64,000 nucleotides of DNA. It comes from Bacteroidia bacterium (GTDB taxonomy: Bacteria; Bacteroidota; Bacteroidia; Flavobacteriales; Flavobacteriaceae). Every line of letters begins with the position of its first letter. Position 1 is the first letter of the stretch. The position numbers and the translations under genes are program-made. The stretch lies in contig JAUIDI010000011.1 in assembly GCA_030428705.1 (NCBI GenBank), forward strand, positions 26,574 through 90,573, written 5' to 3'. Shown in pieces: positions 27,662 to 38,310 of the stretch. A model generated the notes under the pieces. It was not told the origin of the DNA. It did not search any database and saw nothing but the letters and a program-made list of their open reading frames with translations.

Positions 27662-27828
27662 AACCTGCCGTTCGGTTTATTGATTGAATGGGTTGTACGG
27701 AATCCTTCCTTTTATTTATCCGATACTATTTATCTATCGTATCCATTTATTTTATCGGATTTTTTGTTGGGGCCGTTCAAAAAATCCAACAAAACATTAA
27801 CACTTTCAAAACTTTGTTTATATTTGAA

Positions 27829-27866
27829 TTATCGATGAAATGCACGATTTTATCGATGAAATGCAC
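27829..27866. repeat. two direct copies of a 17-bp motif, 21-nt period, upstream of the acetyltransferase gene
   Basis: TTATCGATGAAATGCAC at 27829-27845 and 27850-27866. Each copy contains the ATCGAT palindrome. The second copy ends 17 nt before ATG 27883. Confidence 0.8.
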
Positions 27867-27882
27867 AAATCCCTCGAAATTA

Positions 27883-28584
27883 ATGAAAAACATAGTCATT
27901 TTCGGAGCTTCAAGTCATGGTAGTGTTGTGTTGGATTGTTTGGAGAAGGAAGGCAGATTTAGAGTTGTGGGTTTTGTAGATTCCTATAAAAGAAAAGGAA
28001 GTGTTCAAAATGGATATGAAATATTAGGGACGGAATATGACCTTCCGTATTTATGCGATGTCCACAATCTTTATGGTGGAATAATTGCCATTGGCGACAA
28101 TTTCCTTAGAAAATATGTTACTGATAAGATTAAAAAGGTCGTTCCTCATTTCAATTTTATATCGACGGTACATCCAACGGCCATACTCGGTAAAGATATT
28201 AGCATAGGCAAGGGTGTGGCGGTACTTTCGGGTGTTATCGTCAATACGAACTCAAAAGTTGGCGATTTTTGTATTTTGAATACTAATAGCGTATTAGAGC
28301 ATGATGGTACTATGCAACCTTATTCGAGCCTTGCTCCCGGAGTATATACGGGCGGTAATTTTAATTTGGGTAGATTTTCGGCGGTCGGTCTTCGGGCGAA
28401 TATAATCGATAATATTACGATCAAGGAGCATACCGTGATCGGGGCCGGGTCATTGGTTCTCAAGAATATAGGGAATTTTGTAGTAGCCTATGGTACGCCG
28501 GCAAAAGTTGTTCGCAAAAGGGGCAAGGGCGAAAAGTATCTTTCGGGAGGAAAAGACAAATATGTTTTTAGTGTTCTGAATTGA
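27883..28584 (+). CDS. NeuD/PglB-type sugar O-acyltransferase (hexapeptide repeat)
   Basis: ATG 27883 gives MKNIVIFGASSHGSVVLDCLEKEGRFRVVGFVDS (Rossmann-like N-domain). Left-handed beta-helix hexapeptide repeats follow (IGKGVAVLSGVIVNTNSKVGDFCILNT..). Confidence 0.8.
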   Translation: MKNIVIFGASSHGSVVLDCLEKEGRFRVVGFVDSYKRKGSVQNGYEILGTEYDLPYLCDVHNLYGGIIAIGDNFLRKYVTDKIKKVVPHFNFISTVHPTAILGKDISIGKGVAVLSGVIVNTNSKVGDFCILNTNSVLEHDGTMQPYSSLAPGVYTGGNFNLGRFSAVGLRANIIDNITIKEHTVIGAGSLVLKNIGNFVVAYGTPAKVVRKRGKGEKYLSGGKDKYVFSVLN

Positions 28585-28687
28585 GCGTAACGCCTCAAAT
28601 CGGCTATTCACCCTTGTAATATACAAATCGGTTTTCTTCGATAAAATAGCTTGATTAATACTAACTTTGCGCCTTAATGGAAATTTT

Positions 28688-29992
28688 ATGAGTGCTATCG
28701 TAGCCATTGTGGGAAGGCCAAATGTGGGGAAATCTACTTTTTTTAATCGTTTGATCCAACGTAGGGAGGCTATTGTCGATGCAGTCAGTGGGGTCACCCG
28801 CGATCGTCATTATGGCAAAAGTGATTGGAATGGTAAAAGTTTCTCCCTGATCGATACGGGGGGCTACGTGCTTGGTAGTGATGATGTGTTCGAACAGGAA
28901 ATAGATAAACAGGTAGAACTTGCCATTGACGAGGCCGATGCCATAATCTTTATGGTAGATGTCGAGGCCGGGGTTACAGGTATGGACGAAGACGTGGCCA
29001 AATTGTTGCGTAGGGTCGACAAGCCCGTTTTCTTGGCCGTCAACAAGGTCGATAATGCACAGCGGGCTGCCGATGCCGTTGAATTCTACGCACTTGGTTT
29101 GGGCGAATATTATAACCTGTCAAGTATTAACGGAAGTGGAACAGGCGAGTTGCTCGACGCACTGGTCGAAGTATTGCCTGAAGAAGGGGAAAAAGAAGAT
29201 GAACTTCCCCGGTTTGCCGTGGTCGGAAGACCGAATGCCGGAAAATCCTCATTTATTAATGCCCTGATTGGGGAAGAACGGTACATAGTAACGGATATCG
29301 CCGGTACGACTAGGGATAGCATCGATACCAAATATAATAGGTTCGGGTTTGAATTCAATTTGGTCGATACTGCCGGAATTCGTAGAAAGGCCAAGGTAAA
29401 AGAAGATCTGGAATTCTATTCGGTGATGCGCTCTGTGCGTGCCATAGAACATTGTGACGTCGTTTTATTGGTTCTTGATGCGCAACGGGGCTTTGATGGA
29501 CAAGTCGCCAATATTTTTTGGCTGGCGCACCGCAACAATAAGGGTGTGGTAATTTTGGTCAACAAATGGGATTTGGTCGAAAATAAGGAGACCAATACCA
29601 TGAAGCAGTACACCCAAAAAATCAAGACGGCCATCGAACCCTTTGTCGATGTACCGATCCTGTTCATTTCGGTATTGACCAAACAACGTATTTTCAAGGC
29701 CATTGAGACCGCTGTTGAAGTTTATAACAGTAGGAATAAAAAAATTGTGACCCGAAAACTCAACGACGTCATGTTGCCCTTGATCGAGAATTATCCGCCC
29801 CCTGCTTACAAGGGAAAGTTCGTTAAGATCAAATTCTGCACCCAGTTGCCAACGCCCTATCCGCAATTTGCATTCTTCTGTAACCTGCCGCAGTACGTCA
29901 GGGAACCATATCGGCGATATCTGGAGAACAAGATTCGTGAAAATTTTGACTTTAAAGGAGTTCCGATTTCTATTTTTATTAGGAAGAAATAG
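28688..29992 (+). CDS. der: ribosome biogenesis GTPase Der (EngA)
   Basis: Two GTPase domains (GRPNVGKST and GRPNAGKSS, each with DTGG/DTAG and NKVD/NKWD) plus a C-terminal KH-like domain. ATG at 28688. Confidence 0.95.
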   Translation: MSAIVAIVGRPNVGKSTFFNRLIQRREAIVDAVSGVTRDRHYGKSDWNGKSFSLIDTGGYVLGSDDVFEQEIDKQVELAIDEADAIIFMVDVEAGVTGMDEDVAKLLRRVDKPVFLAVNKVDNAQRAADAVEFYALGLGEYYNLSSINGSGTGELLDALVEVLPEEGEKEDELPRFAVVGRPNAGKSSFINALIGEERYIVTDIAGTTRDSIDTKYNRFGFEFNLVDTAGIRRKAKVKEDLEFYSVMRSVRAIEHCDVVLLVLDAQRGFDGQVANIFWLAHRNNKGVVILVNKWDLVENKETNTMKQYTQKIKTAIEPFVDVPILFISVLTKQRIFKAIETAVEVYNSRNKKIVTRKLNDVMLPLIENYPPPAYKGKFVKIKFCTQLPTPYPQFAFFCNLPQYVREPYRRYLENKIRENFDFKGVPISIFIRKK

Positions 29993-29996
29993 GTTT

Positions 29997-30080
29997 GTTA
30001 GGAGTTAGGAGTTAGGAGTTAGGAGTTAGGAGTTAGGAGTTAGGAGTTAGGAGTTAGGAGTTAGGAGTTAGGAGTTAGGA
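29997..30080. repeat. perfect tandem heptamer array (GTTAGGA)x12
   Basis: Counted directly: 84 bp, 12 identical units. It starts 4 nt after the der stop and ends 14 nt before the stop of the convergent TPM gene. Confidence 0.97.
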
Positions 30081-30094
30081 AAGAATATCTGTGT

Positions 30095-30913
30095 TTACCA
30101 ACCCCCAGAGGCACCGCCTCCGCCGAAACCGCCTCCACCAAAGCCTCCGCCAAAACCACCACTTCCGAAGCCGCCTCCGCCGAAACCGCCTCCACCGCCA
30201 AAGCCACCACCGGATCCACCGCTACGGCCCATATTGCTGAGAATAATAATATCCCAAAGATCCAGCCCGGAAGAACGCCTACCACCGTTACGTCCTCCTC
30301 CGCGTCGATTGCGACTGGAAAGAATGATAAGGATTACTATAAAAATGATAATCGGCAAAAAAGCACTGAAGGGAAAACCGCCATCTGTGTTTTCGAAAGT
30401 ACGCTCTTCTTTAAACTCCCCGTTCAGCACTTGAAATATGGCATCCGCCCCCTCGCTTAGGCCACCGTAGTAATCATCTTCTCTAAATCTAGGTACGATG
30501 ACATTTTCGATAATACGTCGTGACATGGCGTCCGTAAGGTTTCCTTCGACGCCATAACCCGTGTTGATGGCGATTTTTCGATCATCCTTGGCCAATAGTA
30601 TCAGAACACCATTGTCTTTCCCGGCTTGCCCGATTCCCCATTTTTGCCCCCATTGGGCTCCCAAATAGGTGATTTCTTCCCCTTCTGTAGAACTAATAAT
30701 GGCCACCACGATCTGTGTAGACGTACTATCGGAATAACGGATCAACTTTTGCTCCAGAGTCTTTTTCTGACCTGCGGGAAGCAAGTCGATATAATCATAG
30801 ACGCTGGTTTGAAGGGTAGGTTTTTCGGGTATTTTGAATTGGCCCAAACCTAAGGAAGGTAGTAAGCATCCTACAACCAGAAAAAAACCGAATACCAAAT
30901 TTCTAGGAAGCAT
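30095..30913 (-). CDS. TPM domain protein (YgcG-like) with TM segment and Gly-rich tail
   Basis: VYDYIDLLPAGQKKTLEQKLIRYSDSTSTQIVVAIISS (TPM domain), TM FLPIIIFIVILIILS, and a GGGFGGGG-type C-terminus. Confidence 0.8.
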   Translation of the reverse strand: MLPRNLVFGFFLVVGCLLPSLGLGQFKIPEKPTLQTSVYDYIDLLPAGQKKTLEQKLIRYSDSTSTQIVVAIISSTEGEEITYLGAQWGQKWGIGQAGKDNGVLILLAKDDRKIAINTGYGVEGNLTDAMSRRIIENVIVPRFREDDYYGGLSEGADAIFQVLNGEFKEERTFENTDGGFPFSAFLPIIIFIVILIILSSRNRRGGGRNGGRRSSGLDLWDIIILSNMGRSGGSGGGFGGGGGFGGGGFGSGGFGGGFGGGGFGGGGASGGW

Positions 30914-30957
30914 AATAAATACTGAATTTCTCTTCGTTGAGAGGAATTAGGGAGGGC

Positions 30958-31395
30958 TTAACCTTTTGATACTTCATCGCTCAGTTCGTTCCGATCACCA
31001 TGTTGCCATGGAAAATGCGCTTGTAACTCTTTGCCGGCCATCAATATGCCATCGACTATGCCCTTTTTGAAATTTCCTTTTTGAAATTGATTTTGAATAG
31101 CATTTTTGGTACTGTTCCAAAAATCCTTGGGTACGACCCGATCGATACCACGATCACCACAAATGGCAAACTTGCGGTCGTTTACGGCCACGTAGATCAA
31201 TACCCCGTTTTCTTGCTTGGTATTGTCCATCTTTAATTTATGGAAAACCTCCTTGGCCCTTTCCATAGGGTCAAGACGAGTATGTGCCTCGATATGCACA
31301 CGTATTTCCCCGGAAGTATCTTTTTCGGCCTTCAAAATGGCAAGCACGATTTCCTGCTCTTCTTCGGCGGTCAAAAAATCTTCTACCCTTGACAT
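30958..31395 (-). CDS. TPM domain-containing protein
   Basis: EEQEIVLAILKAEKDTSGEIRVHIE..NGVLIYVAVNDRKFAICGDRGI. Confidence 0.8.
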   Translation of the reverse strand: MSRVEDFLTAEEEQEIVLAILKAEKDTSGEIRVHIEAHTRLDPMERAKEVFHKLKMDNTKQENGVLIYVAVNDRKFAICGDRGIDRVVPKDFWNSTKNAIQNQFQKGNFKKGIVDGILMAGKELQAHFPWQHGDRNELSDEVSKG

Positions 31396-31399
31396 GCGA

Positions 31400-31999
31400 T
31401 CAGTCGAATTCGAAGTTCACATCGGGAGCGTTTTCAGAGCCGGCATCCGCTTTGTAGCGTGCCATTTCTTCAAATCCGAAAAGTCCGGCCAAGAGCTTGC
31501 CCGGAAATTTTGTGGTATGCACGTCATAGATATTGACTTTTTCATTGAAACGGTCGCGGGCCACATTGATACGATTTTCGGTTCCCTCTAGTTGGGACTG
31601 CAATTCTAAAAAGTTCTGGTTCGCCTTTAAATCAGGATAGCGTTCGACTACGACCATCAGCTTGCTCAAGGCCCCCGTAAGTCCACTTTGCGCTTCTTGA
31701 AAAGCGGCCATGTTCTCTGGGGTCAAATTGTTGGCATCGATATTCGTCGAAGTGGCTTTTGCCCTTGCCTCAATGACATCGGTCAAGGTGCCCCGTTCAA
31801 AATCGGCCGCGCCCTGAACCGTTTTCACCAGATTACCGATGAGGTCGTTTCTACGCTGATAGGCACTTTCTACGTTCGACCAGGCAGTTTTAGCATCGGC
31901 TTCGTATTCGACGGCCGTATTGTTGAAGCCAACGGCCCATTGGTAAAGTCCGAACGCTATCACGCCGAGAACTATCAATATAATCAATCCTTTTTTCAT
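31400..31999 (-). CDS. LemA family protein
   Basis: ATG 31999 (MKKGLIILIVLGVIAFGLY). AWSNVESAYQRRNDLIGNLV and ERYPDLKANQNFLELQ are LemA signatures. Confidence 0.9.
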   Translation of the reverse strand: MKKGLIILIVLGVIAFGLYQWAVGFNNTAVEYEADAKTAWSNVESAYQRRNDLIGNLVKTVQGAADFERGTLTDVIEARAKATSTNIDANNLTPENMAAFQEAQSGLTGALSKLMVVVERYPDLKANQNFLELQSQLEGTENRINVARDRFNEKVNIYDVHTTKFPGKLLAGLFGFEEMARYKADAGSENAPDVNFEFD

Positions 32000-32164
32000 A
32001 ATAGTGTAGTTTAATGTCCTTCCCACTGATATGGGAATTCCTAGTGTTTATTTAGTGTTCAATTATACATACATTAGTTGATAATTCGGGTAGATCGTTA
32101 CATCGTTTGGGGAAAAAATTGAAAGAGATCTTACATTTTCACTTTCAAGCATTCAGCGCCCTAC

Positions 32165-32494
32165 CTATAATTGTTCCTTGATCTTGATCAGTTCGGTTTT
32201 CACCTTTTCCAACTTCTGTATAATATCAAAATTCGAAAGCGTCTTTTGCCTGTTTTCCTTAAGGTGTGTCTTGGCCCCTTCAAGTGTAAACCCCCGTTCC
32301 TTGACCAAATGATAGATGAATTGAAGATTTTTGATATCCTCAGGGGTGAATTTGCGATTGCCCTTGGCGTTTTTTTTAGGTTTTAATGCGTCGAATTCCT
32401 TTTCCCAAAAACGTATCAACGAAGTATTCACACCAAAAGCCTTGGCTACTTCACCAATTCCGTAATAACGCTTTTCCGGTAGTTCTACTTGCAT
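32165..32494 (-). CDS. MerR family transcriptional regulator
   Basis: YGIGEVAKAFGVNTSLIRFWEKEFD..NRKFTPEDIKNLQFIYHLVKERGFTLEGAK. Confidence 0.85.
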   Translation of the reverse strand: MQVELPEKRYYGIGEVAKAFGVNTSLIRFWEKEFDALKPKKNAKGNRKFTPEDIKNLQFIYHLVKERGFTLEGAKTHLKENRQKTLSNFDIIQKLEKVKTELIKIKEQL

Positions 32495-33471
32495 TAATCG
32501 AGGGATTGGTTTTCCTGGTTGGCATATTTCAACATATTCTCGAACTCTTCAGCGGTCAAACTTCCGTAGTAAAAATTAATAGGGTTGATGCGCTCTCCAT
32601 CTTTCCATACTTCATAGTGCAGATGGGGGGCTTCAGACCTTCCGGTACTTCCTACAAATCCGATAAGATCCCCGCGTTTTACCTTCTGTCCCTTTTTTAC
32701 ATTGTATTGACTAAGATGTCCATAGAGACTGATATAGCCGTATCCATGATCTATCCGTATGTGTTTTCCGTACCCTGAAGAATTGTTGTCGGCCCTAGTG
32801 ATTTTACCATCTCCCGTGGCATAGATGGGTGTACCTTTGGGCGCCGTAAAGTCCATGCCCCAATGCATTTTTCTTGCCTTTGTAAAAGGATCGGATCGCC
32901 AACCGTAACCGGAGGCCATTCGGGTGAGGTCTTCATTGTTCAAGGGTTGAATGGCAGGTATCGCGGCCAACAATTTTTCTTTTTCCGCCGCCAAAATCGT
33001 GATTTCGTCCAATGATTTCGATTGAATCGCCATTTGTTTTTTGATGATATCCAATCGTTTAGTGGTACCGATGACCATTTCCGAATTATTGAACCCTTCG
33101 AGTGATCGGTAACGATTTACCCCGCCAAATCCGGCGCGACGTTGTTCTTCAGGAATCGGGTTGGCCTCAAAATACAACCGATAAATATTATTGTCGCGCT
33201 CTTCGATATTGGCCAATACCTCTTCGATCTGGCCCATTTTCTTGTTCAGGATCTCGAACTGCAGTTCGTAGTTATTAACCTCGCGCGCCAGAGAAAGTTC
33301 CTTTGGAGTATTGATGAGGTTGGTGTTCAATAACAGGATTAACGAGAAAAGACCGAATAGGAAGGAACCCAGAACAAAAAATGCAATATTTCGGTACCGT
33401 CTCGATTTTTTGGGTTCTATCTTTCGGTACGAAAGGGTGTCCGGATCGTAATAATACTTTACTTTAGACAT
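32494..33471 (-). CDS. M23 family metallopeptidase
   Basis: HWGMDFTAPKGTPIYATGDG..GYGKHIRIDHGYGYISLYGHLS..GSTGRSEAPHLHYEV. N-terminal TM segment. 1-nt overlap (TAATG) with the merR-like start. Confidence 0.9.
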   Translation of the reverse strand: MSKVKYYYDPDTLSYRKIEPKKSRRYRNIAFFVLGSFLFGLFSLILLLNTNLINTPKELSLAREVNNYELQFEILNKKMGQIEEVLANIEERDNNIYRLYFEANPIPEEQRRAGFGGVNRYRSLEGFNNSEMVIGTTKRLDIIKKQMAIQSKSLDEITILAAEKEKLLAAIPAIQPLNNEDLTRMASGYGWRSDPFTKARKMHWGMDFTAPKGTPIYATGDGKITRADNNSSGYGKHIRIDHGYGYISLYGHLSQYNVKKGQKVKRGDLIGFVGSTGRSEAPHLHYEVWKDGERINPINFYYGSLTAEEFENMLKYANQENQSLD

Positions 33472-33575
33472 GAAGGTATTTTATCCTATTTTTGTGCTTC
33501 CGTTTTAACACAACAAACAAATATAAAAATTGTTTCGCTTAAACCGTTAAAATTTACAAAACCTTACCATTTTCT

Positions 33576-36194
33576 ATGAACTCCAAGGAAATCAGGACTC
33601 AATTTTTGAATTTTTTCAAGGAGAAAAATCACAAGATCGTGCCCTCTGCCCCGATGGTCATCAAAGATGATCCCACCCTGATGTTCACGAATGCGGGAAT
33701 GAACCAGTTTAAGGAGTTTTTTTTGGGGAACAGCACCTCAAAATATTCCAGGATCGTCGATACCCAAAAATGTTTGCGCGTTAGCGGAAAGCATAATGAT
33801 CTCGAGGAAGTCGGAAAGGACACCTATCACCATACGATGTTCGAGATGTTGGGTAACTGGAGCTTCGGCGATTATTTTAAAAAAGAGGCTATAGAATGGG
33901 CCTGGGAATTGCTTACCGAAGTATTGAAAATCGATAAGGACAGTCTGTATGTTTCGGTTTTCGAAGGAAGTAATGATGCCGATAATCTCGATATGGACAA
34001 AGAGGCTTTTGATTTTTGGAAGGTCATTGTGCCCGAAGACCGTATCATTTTAGGAAATAAAAAAGATAATTTTTGGGAAATGGGTGACCAAGGCCCTTGC
34101 GGACCGTGTTCTGAGATACATGTGGATATCCGCCCCAAGAATGAAAAGGCAAAGGTTTCCGGAGCTTCCTTGGTCAATCGAGACCATCCGTTGGTCGTTG
34201 AAATCTGGAACCTCGTTTTTATGCAATACAACCGTAAGGCGAACGGACAATTGGAACCCCTTCCATCGAAACATGTCGATACAGGCATGGGCTTTGAGCG
34301 TCTCTGCATGGTGCTTCAAGGGGTACGGTCAAACTATGATACCGATATTTTTACTCCTATCATTCGCGAGATTGAGACGATAACGAATTCAAAATATGGT
34401 AATGAGGAAAAAACGGATGTCGCCATTCGCGTTATCGCAGACCATATACGCGCGGTCTCCTTTTCCATTGCCGATGGTCAATTGCCGAGCAATACCGGCG
34501 CGGGATATGTAATCCGCAGGATTTTAAGGCGTGCCATTCGCTACGGGTTCACGTTCTTGAATACAAAACAGCCTTTTATGTATCGCTTGGTGAAGGTATT
34601 GGCCGAAACCATGGGTGCCGCTTTTCCTGAACTGAAAGAACAACGCCAGCTTATTGAAAATGTCATTAAGGAAGAGGAGCATTCTTTCTTGAATACCTTG
34701 GAACAAGGTTTGGTGCTGCTCGATACGATCATTAAAAAGAACAAGGGCAACGAGGTGGACGGACGCAAGGCTTTCGAATTGTACGATACTTATGGCTTTC
34801 CCATAGATTTGACCTCTTTGATTTTGAGCGAAAAGGGACTCTCGCTCGATGAAGAAGGATTCAACTTGGCCATGCAAGAGCAAAAGGACCGTTCGAAATC
34901 GGCTTCTGAGGTTTCCAAAGAAGATTGGGTCGTGCTTTCAGATGATGTTGGGCAGGAGTTCGTGGGCTACGATGTTTTGGAAGCCGATGTAAAATTGGTG
35001 AAATATCGAAAAACGACCTCAAAAAAAGATGGAGAACTTTATCAACTGGTATTGAATCTAACACCTTTTTATGCAGAAGGAGGCGGACAGGTCGGTGATA
35101 AGGGTTATCTCGAAGTTCCGAACGGTGATGTGGTGTATATATTGGATACGAAGAAGGAGAACAACGAGATAGTACATTTTGCCAAGAACCTTCCCAAACA
35201 TCCGAACGAAACGCTTAAGGCCGTTGTGGATAAAAAACAGCGTGCGCGAACCGAGGCCAACCACACGGCGACACATTTGTTGCACCAGGCACTTCGCGAG
35301 ATTTTGGGAAACCATGTCGAACAAAAAGGGTCTGCCGTACATTCGAAATACCTTCGGTTCGACTTTTCACACTTTGGTAAATTGACTACCGATGAACTTC
35401 GTGCAGTAGAGAACTTTGTAAATGCACGTATCGAAGGCCAATTGCCCTTACAGGAAAATCGAAATGTACCCATGGGAGAAGCCTTGGCGGAAGGTGCCAT
35501 GGCACTTTTCGGGGAGAAATATGGCGATACGGTTCGTACAGTCCGATTTGGACAGTCCTTGGAATTGTGCGGGGGAACACATGTAAAGAATACCGGAGAT
35601 ATCTGGCATTTCAAGATCAGGTCGGAAGGTGCCGTAGCTGCGGGAATCCGCCGTATCGAGGCGATTACCTCCGATGCGGTCAAGGACTTTTATTTCGAGA
35701 ACAACAGAACCCTGTTCGAGATCAAAGATCTGTTGAACAATGCCCAAGACCCTGTCAAGGCAGTACAGACGCTACAGGAAGAAAATGTCAGGCTTAAAAA
35801 AGAAGTAGACCAACTTCTAAAGGATAAGGCCAAAAATCTTAAGGGTGATTTGCAGAAAGAACTGGAAGAAATCAATGGCATCCAATTTCTTGCTAAAAAA
35901 GTCGATTTGGACGCATCAGGAATCAAAGATCTGTCTTTTGAAATGGGAGGTAATAATGACAATCTGTTTCTGTTTTTTGCTACCGAGCAAAATGGTAAGG
36001 CCCTATTATCCTGCTATATCTCAAAAAACCTTGTGGCCAAAAAAAAACTGAATGCAGGGACTATTGTCCGAGAACTTGGAAAATATATTCAAGGTGGTGG
36101 GGGAGGACAACCTTTCTTTGCTACTGCGGGTGGTAAAGAGCCAGCTGGGATTCCTGAGGCGCTTGAAAAGGCGAGGGATTATCTCAATCAGTAA
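33576..36194 (+). CDS. alaS: alanine--tRNA ligase
   Basis: 872 aa. [28 protein letters not shown], the editing-domain HxxxH (NHTATHLLH) and CGGTH. Confidence 0.97.
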   Translation: MNSKEIRTQFLNFFKEKNHKIVPSAPMVIKDDPTLMFTNAGMNQFKEFFLGNSTSKYSRIVDTQKCLRVSGKHNDLEEVGKDTYHHTMFEMLGNWSFGDYFKKEAIEWAWELLTEVLKIDKDSLYVSVFEGSNDADNLDMDKEAFDFWKVIVPEDRIILGNKKDNFWEMGDQGPCGPCSEIHVDIRPKNEKAKVSGASLVNRDHPLVVEIWNLVFMQYNRKANGQLEPLPSKHVDTGMGFERLCMVLQGVRSNYDTDIFTPIIREIETITNSKYGNEEKTDVAIRVIADHIRAVSFSIADGQLPSNTGAGYVIRRILRRAIRYGFTFLNTKQPFMYRLVKVLAETMGAAFPELKEQRQLIENVIKEEEHSFLNTLEQGLVLLDTIIKKNKGNEVDGRKAFELYDTYGFPIDLTSLILSEKGLSLDEEGFNLAMQEQKDRSKSASEVSKEDWVVLSDDVGQEFVGYDVLEADVKLVKYRKTTSKKDGELYQLVLNLTPFYAEGGGQVGDKGYLEVPNGDVVYILDTKKENNEIVHFAKNLPKHPNETLKAVVDKKQRARTEANHTATHLLHQALREILGNHVEQKGSAVHSKYLRFDFSHFGKLTTDELRAVENFVNARIEGQLPLQENRNVPMGEALAEGAMALFGEKYGDTVRTVRFGQSLELCGGTHVKNTGDIWHFKIRSEGAVAAGIRRIEAITSDAVKDFYFENNRTLFEIKDLLNNAQDPVKAVQTLQEENVRLKKEVDQLLKDKAKNLKGDLQKELEEINGIQFLAKKVDLDASGIKDLSFEMGGNNDNLFLFFATEQNGKALLSCYISKNLVAKKKLNAGTIVRELGKYIQGGGGGQPFFATAGGKEPAGIPEALEKARDYLNQ

Positions 36195-37227
36195 TTATTG
36201 AATATTTAATGGCAATTTCATATTGTTTGGCCACAATATCTTGGTTTTCACTATGTGCGGCACCATGAACCAAATGATATTTTTTTGATGGGGCTTTTAT
36301 ACTGTCAAAAAAGGCGGCTGAGTATTTTTTTGAAGTAAGAATATCAGCTTCTCCCTGAATTATGTGAACAGGAATTTTGAATTCAATGCGAGTGCTCATA
36401 AAATTTATGGAATCGGCCATTGACTTTATGCCCAGTTTTGAATGCCCCACAAAGTTTATAAAGGAATAATCATCTCCCATATACCTGTTTTTGGCGTCTA
36501 ATTCGTTGCTATATTCAGAAGATATATTCCATAGTTCAGGAGTAGGTTTTGAATTGTTTTTTTCATAACGCTTTACAATTCGTAATAATTTTCCAACATT
36601 TTTGGCTTCAATATAAGGAGGTGTTCCTAGTTCATCGAGAATTGCGATTGCTTCTTGGTCTTTGGCCTTTTTGGCCATTTCGTAAACGGTTAAATAAGAT
36701 TCTAAAAGATTTTTGCCAAAATTCACAATTTGAGAATGCCCTATGTAGGTATGAAAAAGTTCAGGTCTTTGCGTTACCATGTTTACCCCAAGAACCGAAC
36801 CCCATGACGAACCCATCAAAATGATTTTTTTACTTGAAAATGAATTGATTAAGTATTCACAAAGCTGAATACCGTCATTGATCATTTGATTGATGGTAAG
36901 TGGATTTTTATTCAAATAATCAACGGTCAACTCTTCTGGAGGGTTATTTCGACCAAAAGTTCGGCCTGCTCCACGTTGATCCCAATTCACTATGATAAAA
37001 TCCTTTTCCCATCCACTGTACATGGATTTACTATAGGGGCTCATCACACTACCAGGACCGCCATGTAAAAAAAGGATTATCGGTTTCTCAGCATTATCTC
37101 CGTGTATGGTAACCCATTGCTCTATTCCACCTATGGTCAAGTAAGTTTCGGTATGAACAGGGTTTGTTTGGGCAGTGCTCAAAAACCCTATTAGAATGAA
37201 CAATTGACCTAAAACAGTGTTTTTCAT
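36184..37227 (-). CDS. secreted alpha/beta hydrolase (proline-iminopeptidase-like)
   Basis: Signal peptide, FLHGGPGS, nucleophile elbow GSSWGS. Confidence 0.8.
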   Translation of the reverse strand: MKNTVLGQLFILIGFLSTAQTNPVHTETYLTIGGIEQWVTIHGDNAEKPIILFLHGGPGSVMSPYSKSMYSGWEKDFIIVNWDQRGAGRTFGRNNPPEELTVDYLNKNPLTINQMINDGIQLCEYLINSFSSKKIILMGSSWGSVLGVNMVTQRPELFHTYIGHSQIVNFGKNLLESYLTVYEMAKKAKDQEAIAILDELGTPPYIEAKNVGKLLRIVKRYEKNNSKPTPELWNISSEYSNELDAKNRYMGDDYSFINFVGHSKLGIKSMADSINFMSTRIEFKIPVHIIQGEADILTSKKYSAAFFDSIKAPSKKYHLVHGAAHSENQDIVAKQYEIAIKYSIITD

Positions 37228-37314
37228 AAATTGATATTAGAGGATTGGCTCTTAGTTTGGGTCCATTAATCGACGATTAAGTTTGTATTTTGTAACTAGA
37301 TTGAATAATTAGCA

Positions 37315-38310
37315 ATGAAACTTCAAACCCAAATATCACTGAAAAAAGCTGAAAATCAAATTGATTATCAAAGTAAACTTTTTCTTTTGGGATCTTGTTT
37401 TTCCGATAACATAGGTCGAAAATTCGAATACTTTAAATTTAGGTCGGTTCAAAATCCGTTCGGAATTTTGTTCCATCCTAGGGCCATGGAGAACTTGATT
37501 GCCAAATCCATAGTTCAAAAAGAATATTCAGAAGACGATATTTTCTTCCGCAATGGGCAATGGCATTGTCTTGATGCGCATTCCGAGTTAAGCGACACCT
37601 CGAAAACCAATTTATTGCGGAAGTTGAACGAGGGACTTGCAAAGACTGCGAGACAATTGGTCGAAGCCACCCATGTTATGATTACTTTGGGTACGGCCTG
37701 GGTCTATCGCAGGGCAGACACAGGTCAAATCGTGGCCAACTGCCATAAAGTACCTCAAAAAGAGTTTGAGAAGGAACTGTTGTCAATAAATGATATCACA
37801 AAAAGTTTGGAGCATATTATTGGTCAAATCCGATCTGTGAACCAAAAAGCCCGGATTATTTTTACTGTCTCTCCGGTACGCCACTTAAAAGATGGGTTTG
37901 TAGAAAACCAAAGGAGCAAGGCACACTTGATTGCAGCGATTCATGATATCCTTGGAGTTCCCCCATTGGTGGTTAAGGGGCTTCCCCCCTCCTTTGGAGG
38001 GGGTCAGGGGGAGGCCTATTTCCCCTCCTATGAATTCATGATGGACGAACTACGCGATTACCGTTTCTATGAACGTGACATGGTACATCCGAATCAAGTG
38101 GCAATCGATTATATTTGGGAAAGGTTCAAGGAATCCTGGATTTCTGAAAAGGCCTATCCCGTGATGGAACAAGTGGATGCCGTTCAAAAAGGATTGGGGC
38201 ACCGGCCTTTTGAAGTCGATTCATCCCAACATCAAGAATTCAGGAAATCGCTCGAAGGGAAAATTACGTATCTTAAAGAACATTATCCCCATATGATATT
38301 CGATCAATGA
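37315..38310 (+). CDS. GSCFA domain-containing protein
   Basis: LLGSCFSDNIG near the N-terminus, FTVSPVRH, YFPSYEFMMDELRDYRFY. Confidence 0.85.
   Translation: MKLQTQISLKKAENQIDYQSKLFLLGSCFSDNIGRKFEYFKFRSVQNPFGILFHPRAMENLIAKSIVQKEYSEDDIFFRNGQWHCLDAHSELSDTSKTNLLRKLNEGLAKTARQLVEATHVMITLGTAWVYRRADTGQIVANCHKVPQKEFEKELLSINDITKSLEHIIGQIRSVNQKARIIFTVSPVRHLKDGFVENQRSKAHLIAAIHDILGVPPLVVKGLPPSFGGGQGEAYFPSYEFMMDELRDYRFYERDMVHPNQVAIDYIWERFKESWISEKAYPVMEQVDAVQKGLGHRPFEVDSSQHQEFRKSLEGKITYLKEHYPHMIFDQ

Noticed and set aside
27688-27882. 65-aa N-terminal extension of the acetyltransferase ORF
   Set aside because: The extension is hydrophobic and low-complexity, and it translates the 17-bp direct repeats (SMKCT twice). 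The family's Rossmann-like N-terminus starts at ATG 27883.
29997-30080. Heptamer array as a CRISPR array or telomere-like repeat
   Set aside because: The units are contiguous with no spacers and are only 7 nt long. No cas genes are present and the context is chromosomal, so it is a microsatellite.
30061-30434. ORFs 30061-30285 (minus) and 30234-30434 (plus) overlapping the Gly-rich tail of the TPM protein
   Set aside because: They are alternative-frame artefacts of the GGN/GCC-rich low-complexity tail (Ala/Val-rich or Pro/Arg-rich translations).
30095-32026. LemA-TPM-TPM three-gene operon as a novel system
   Set aside because: This is a widely conserved and commonly annotated arrangement in bacteria, and nothing is unusual here beyond the typical Gly-rich tail.
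33629-35962. Many antisense or out-of-frame ORFs inside alaS, including the 192-aa ORF at 35105-35683
   Set aside because: alaS is unambiguous across its full length, and the overlapping ORFs lack motifs and starts with plausible context.
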